Assembly (NCBI RefSeq): GCF_963921235.1
Contig: NC_086108.1
Coordinates: forward strand, 88,910,001 to 88,974,000
Length of the DNA: 64,000 nucleotides
Source of the DNA: Mobula hypostoma
Lineage: Eukaryota
Direction of reading: 5' to 3'
Shown in pieces: positions 62,056 to 64,000 of this stretch. The notes beneath the pieces are model-generated. The model was not told the DNA's origin, did no database searches, and saw only the letters and a program-made list of their open reading frames with translations. Position 1 is the stretch's first letter. Every line of letters starts with the position of its first letter. A program made the position numbers and the translations under genes.

Positions 62056-63890
62056 ATAGAAACATAGAAACATAGAAAATAGGTGCAGGAGTAGGCCATT
62101 CGGCCCTTCGAGCCTGCACCGCCATTTATTATGATCATGGCTGATCATCCAACTCAGAACCCCGCCCCAGCCTTCCCTCCATACCCCCTGACCCCTTTAG
62201 CCACAAGGGCCATATCTAACTCCCTCTTAAATATAGCCAATAAACTGGCCTCAACTGTTTCCTGTGGCAGAGAATTCCACAGATTCACCACTCTCTGTGT
62301 GAAGAAGTTTTTCCTAATCTCGGTCCTAAAAGGCTTCCCCTCTATCCTCAAACTGTGACCCCTCGTTCTGGACTTCCCCAACATCGGGAACAATCTTCCT
62401 GCATCTAGCCTGTCCAATCCCTTTAGGATCTTATACGTTTCAATCAGATCCCCCCTCAATCTTCTAAATTCCAACTAGTACAAGCCCAATTCATCCAGTC
62501 TTTCTTCATATGGAAGTCCCGCCATCCCAGGAATCAATCTGGTGAACCTTCTTTGTACTCCCTCTATGGCAAAGATGTCTTCCCTCAGATTAGGGGACCA
62601 AAACTGCACACAATACTCCAGGTGTGGTCTCACCAAGGCCTTGTACAACTGCAGTAGTACCTCCCTGCTCCTGTACTCGAATCCTCTCGCTATAAATGCC
62701 AGCATACCATTCGCCTTTTTCACCGCCTGCTGTACCTGCATGCCCACTTTCAATGACTGGTGTATAATGACACCCAGGTCTCGTTGCACCTCCCCTTTTC
62801 CTAATCGGCCACCATTCAGATAATAATCTGTTTTCCTATTTTTGCCACCAAAGTGGATAACTTCACATTTATCCACATTAAATTGCATCTGCCATGAATT
62901 TGCCCACTCACCCAACCTATCCAAGTCACCCTGCATCCTCTTAGCATCCTCCTCACTGCTAACACTGCCACCCAGCTTCGTGTCATCTGCAAACTTGGAG
63001 ATGCTGCATTTAATTCCCTCATCCAAGTCATTAATATATATTGTAAACAACTGGGGTCCCAGCACCGAGCCTTGCGGTACCCCACTAGTCACCGCCTGCC
63101 ATTCTGAAAAGGTCCCGTTTATTCCCACTCTTTGCTTCCTGTCTGCTAACCAATTCTCCACCCACACCAATACCTTACCCCCAATACCGTGTGCTTTAAG
63201 TTTGCACACTAATCTCCTGTGTGGGACCTTGTCAAAAGCCTTTTGAAAATCCAAATATACCACATCCACTGGTTCTCCCCTATCCACTCTACTAGTTACA
63301 TCCTCAAAAAATTCTATGAGATTCGTCAGACATGATTTTCCTTTCACAAATCCATGCTGACTTTGTCCGATCATTTCACCGCTTTCCAAATGTGCTGTTA
63401 TCACATCCTTGATAACTGACTCCAGCAGTTTCCCCACCACCGATGTTAGGCTAACCGGTCTATAATTCCCCGGTTTCTCTCTCCCTCCTTTTTTAAAAAG
63501 TGGGGTTACATTAGCCACCCTCCAATCCTCAGGAACTAGTCCAGAATCTAACGAGTTTTGAAAAATTATCACTAATGCATCCACTATTTCTTGGGCTACT
63601 TCTTTAAGCACTCTAGGATGCAGACCATCTGGCCCTGGGGATTTATCTGCCCTTCAATTTACCTAACACCACTTCCCTACTAACATGTATTTCGCTCAGT
63701 TCCTCCATCCCACTGGACCCTCTGTCCCTTACTATTTCTGGAAGATTATTTATGTCCTCCTTAGTGAAGACAGAACCAAAGTAACTATTCAATTGGTCTG
63801 CCATGTCTTTGCTCCCCATAATCAATTCACCTGTTTCTGTCTGCAGGGGACCTACATTTGTCTTTACCAGTCTTTTCCTTTTTACATATT
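62056..63890 (-). mobile_element. Young 5'-truncated CR1 LINE with a nearly intact RT domain
   Basis: 378-aa minus ORF 62475-63611 (YRPVSLTS, QHGF, YLDFQKAFDKVPH, GVPQGSVLGP, FADDTK), continued by 62154-62474; tail (atagaaac)n at 62056-62080. Confidence 0.97.
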
Positions 63891-64000
63891 TATATTTCAC
63901 AAAGTCCATTCGATCTGTCATTGACTTGAATTTGGCAATTGGAATGAGTCTCAAATGTTCAAATTATCAAGTAATTCAAATGAAATGTCTTAGAATTCAG

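Noticed and set aside
1..64000. CRISPR arrays, tRNA or rRNA genes, prokaryotic operons
   Set aside because: No regularly spaced repeat-spacer array is present; the only tRNA-like sequences are SINE heads; the DNA is vertebrate repeat-rich sequence.

Overview
Eukaryotic, AT-rich, repeat-dominated vertebrate DNA. The mix of repeat families (CR1 LINEs, Rex1/Babar LINEs, Penelope-like elements, tRNA-headed SINEs, Tc1- and pogo-type relics, Gypsy LTR elements) suggests a cartilaginous fish (shark or ray); this is inference. No intact protein-coding gene is supported: the long ORFs are retroelement pieces or their antisense shadows. The only host-gene signal is one well-bounded, non-coding 201-bp minus-strand exon (40065-40265) with three uORFs. 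From memory it resembles a ZBTB20 5'UTR exon (unverified), so the window is probably intronic, with several enhancer-like unique islands. The most notable structures are: (i) many Penelope-derived minimal hammerhead ribozyme motifs, often in TSD-flanked fold-back insertions, including one core-intact copy on the putative host sense strand; (ii) a two-LTR Gypsy element keeping gag, protease and integrase but lacking RT/RNaseH, nested in a Penelope element; (iii) a three-level nest (solo LTR in CR1 in Rex1); (iv) a 122-bp mini element with 21-bp terminal inverted repeats and a 5-bp TSD; (v) a perfect 26-bp-stem hairpin at 61447-61507. Boundaries of decayed repeats are approximate; TSD-defined boundaries were read base by base.
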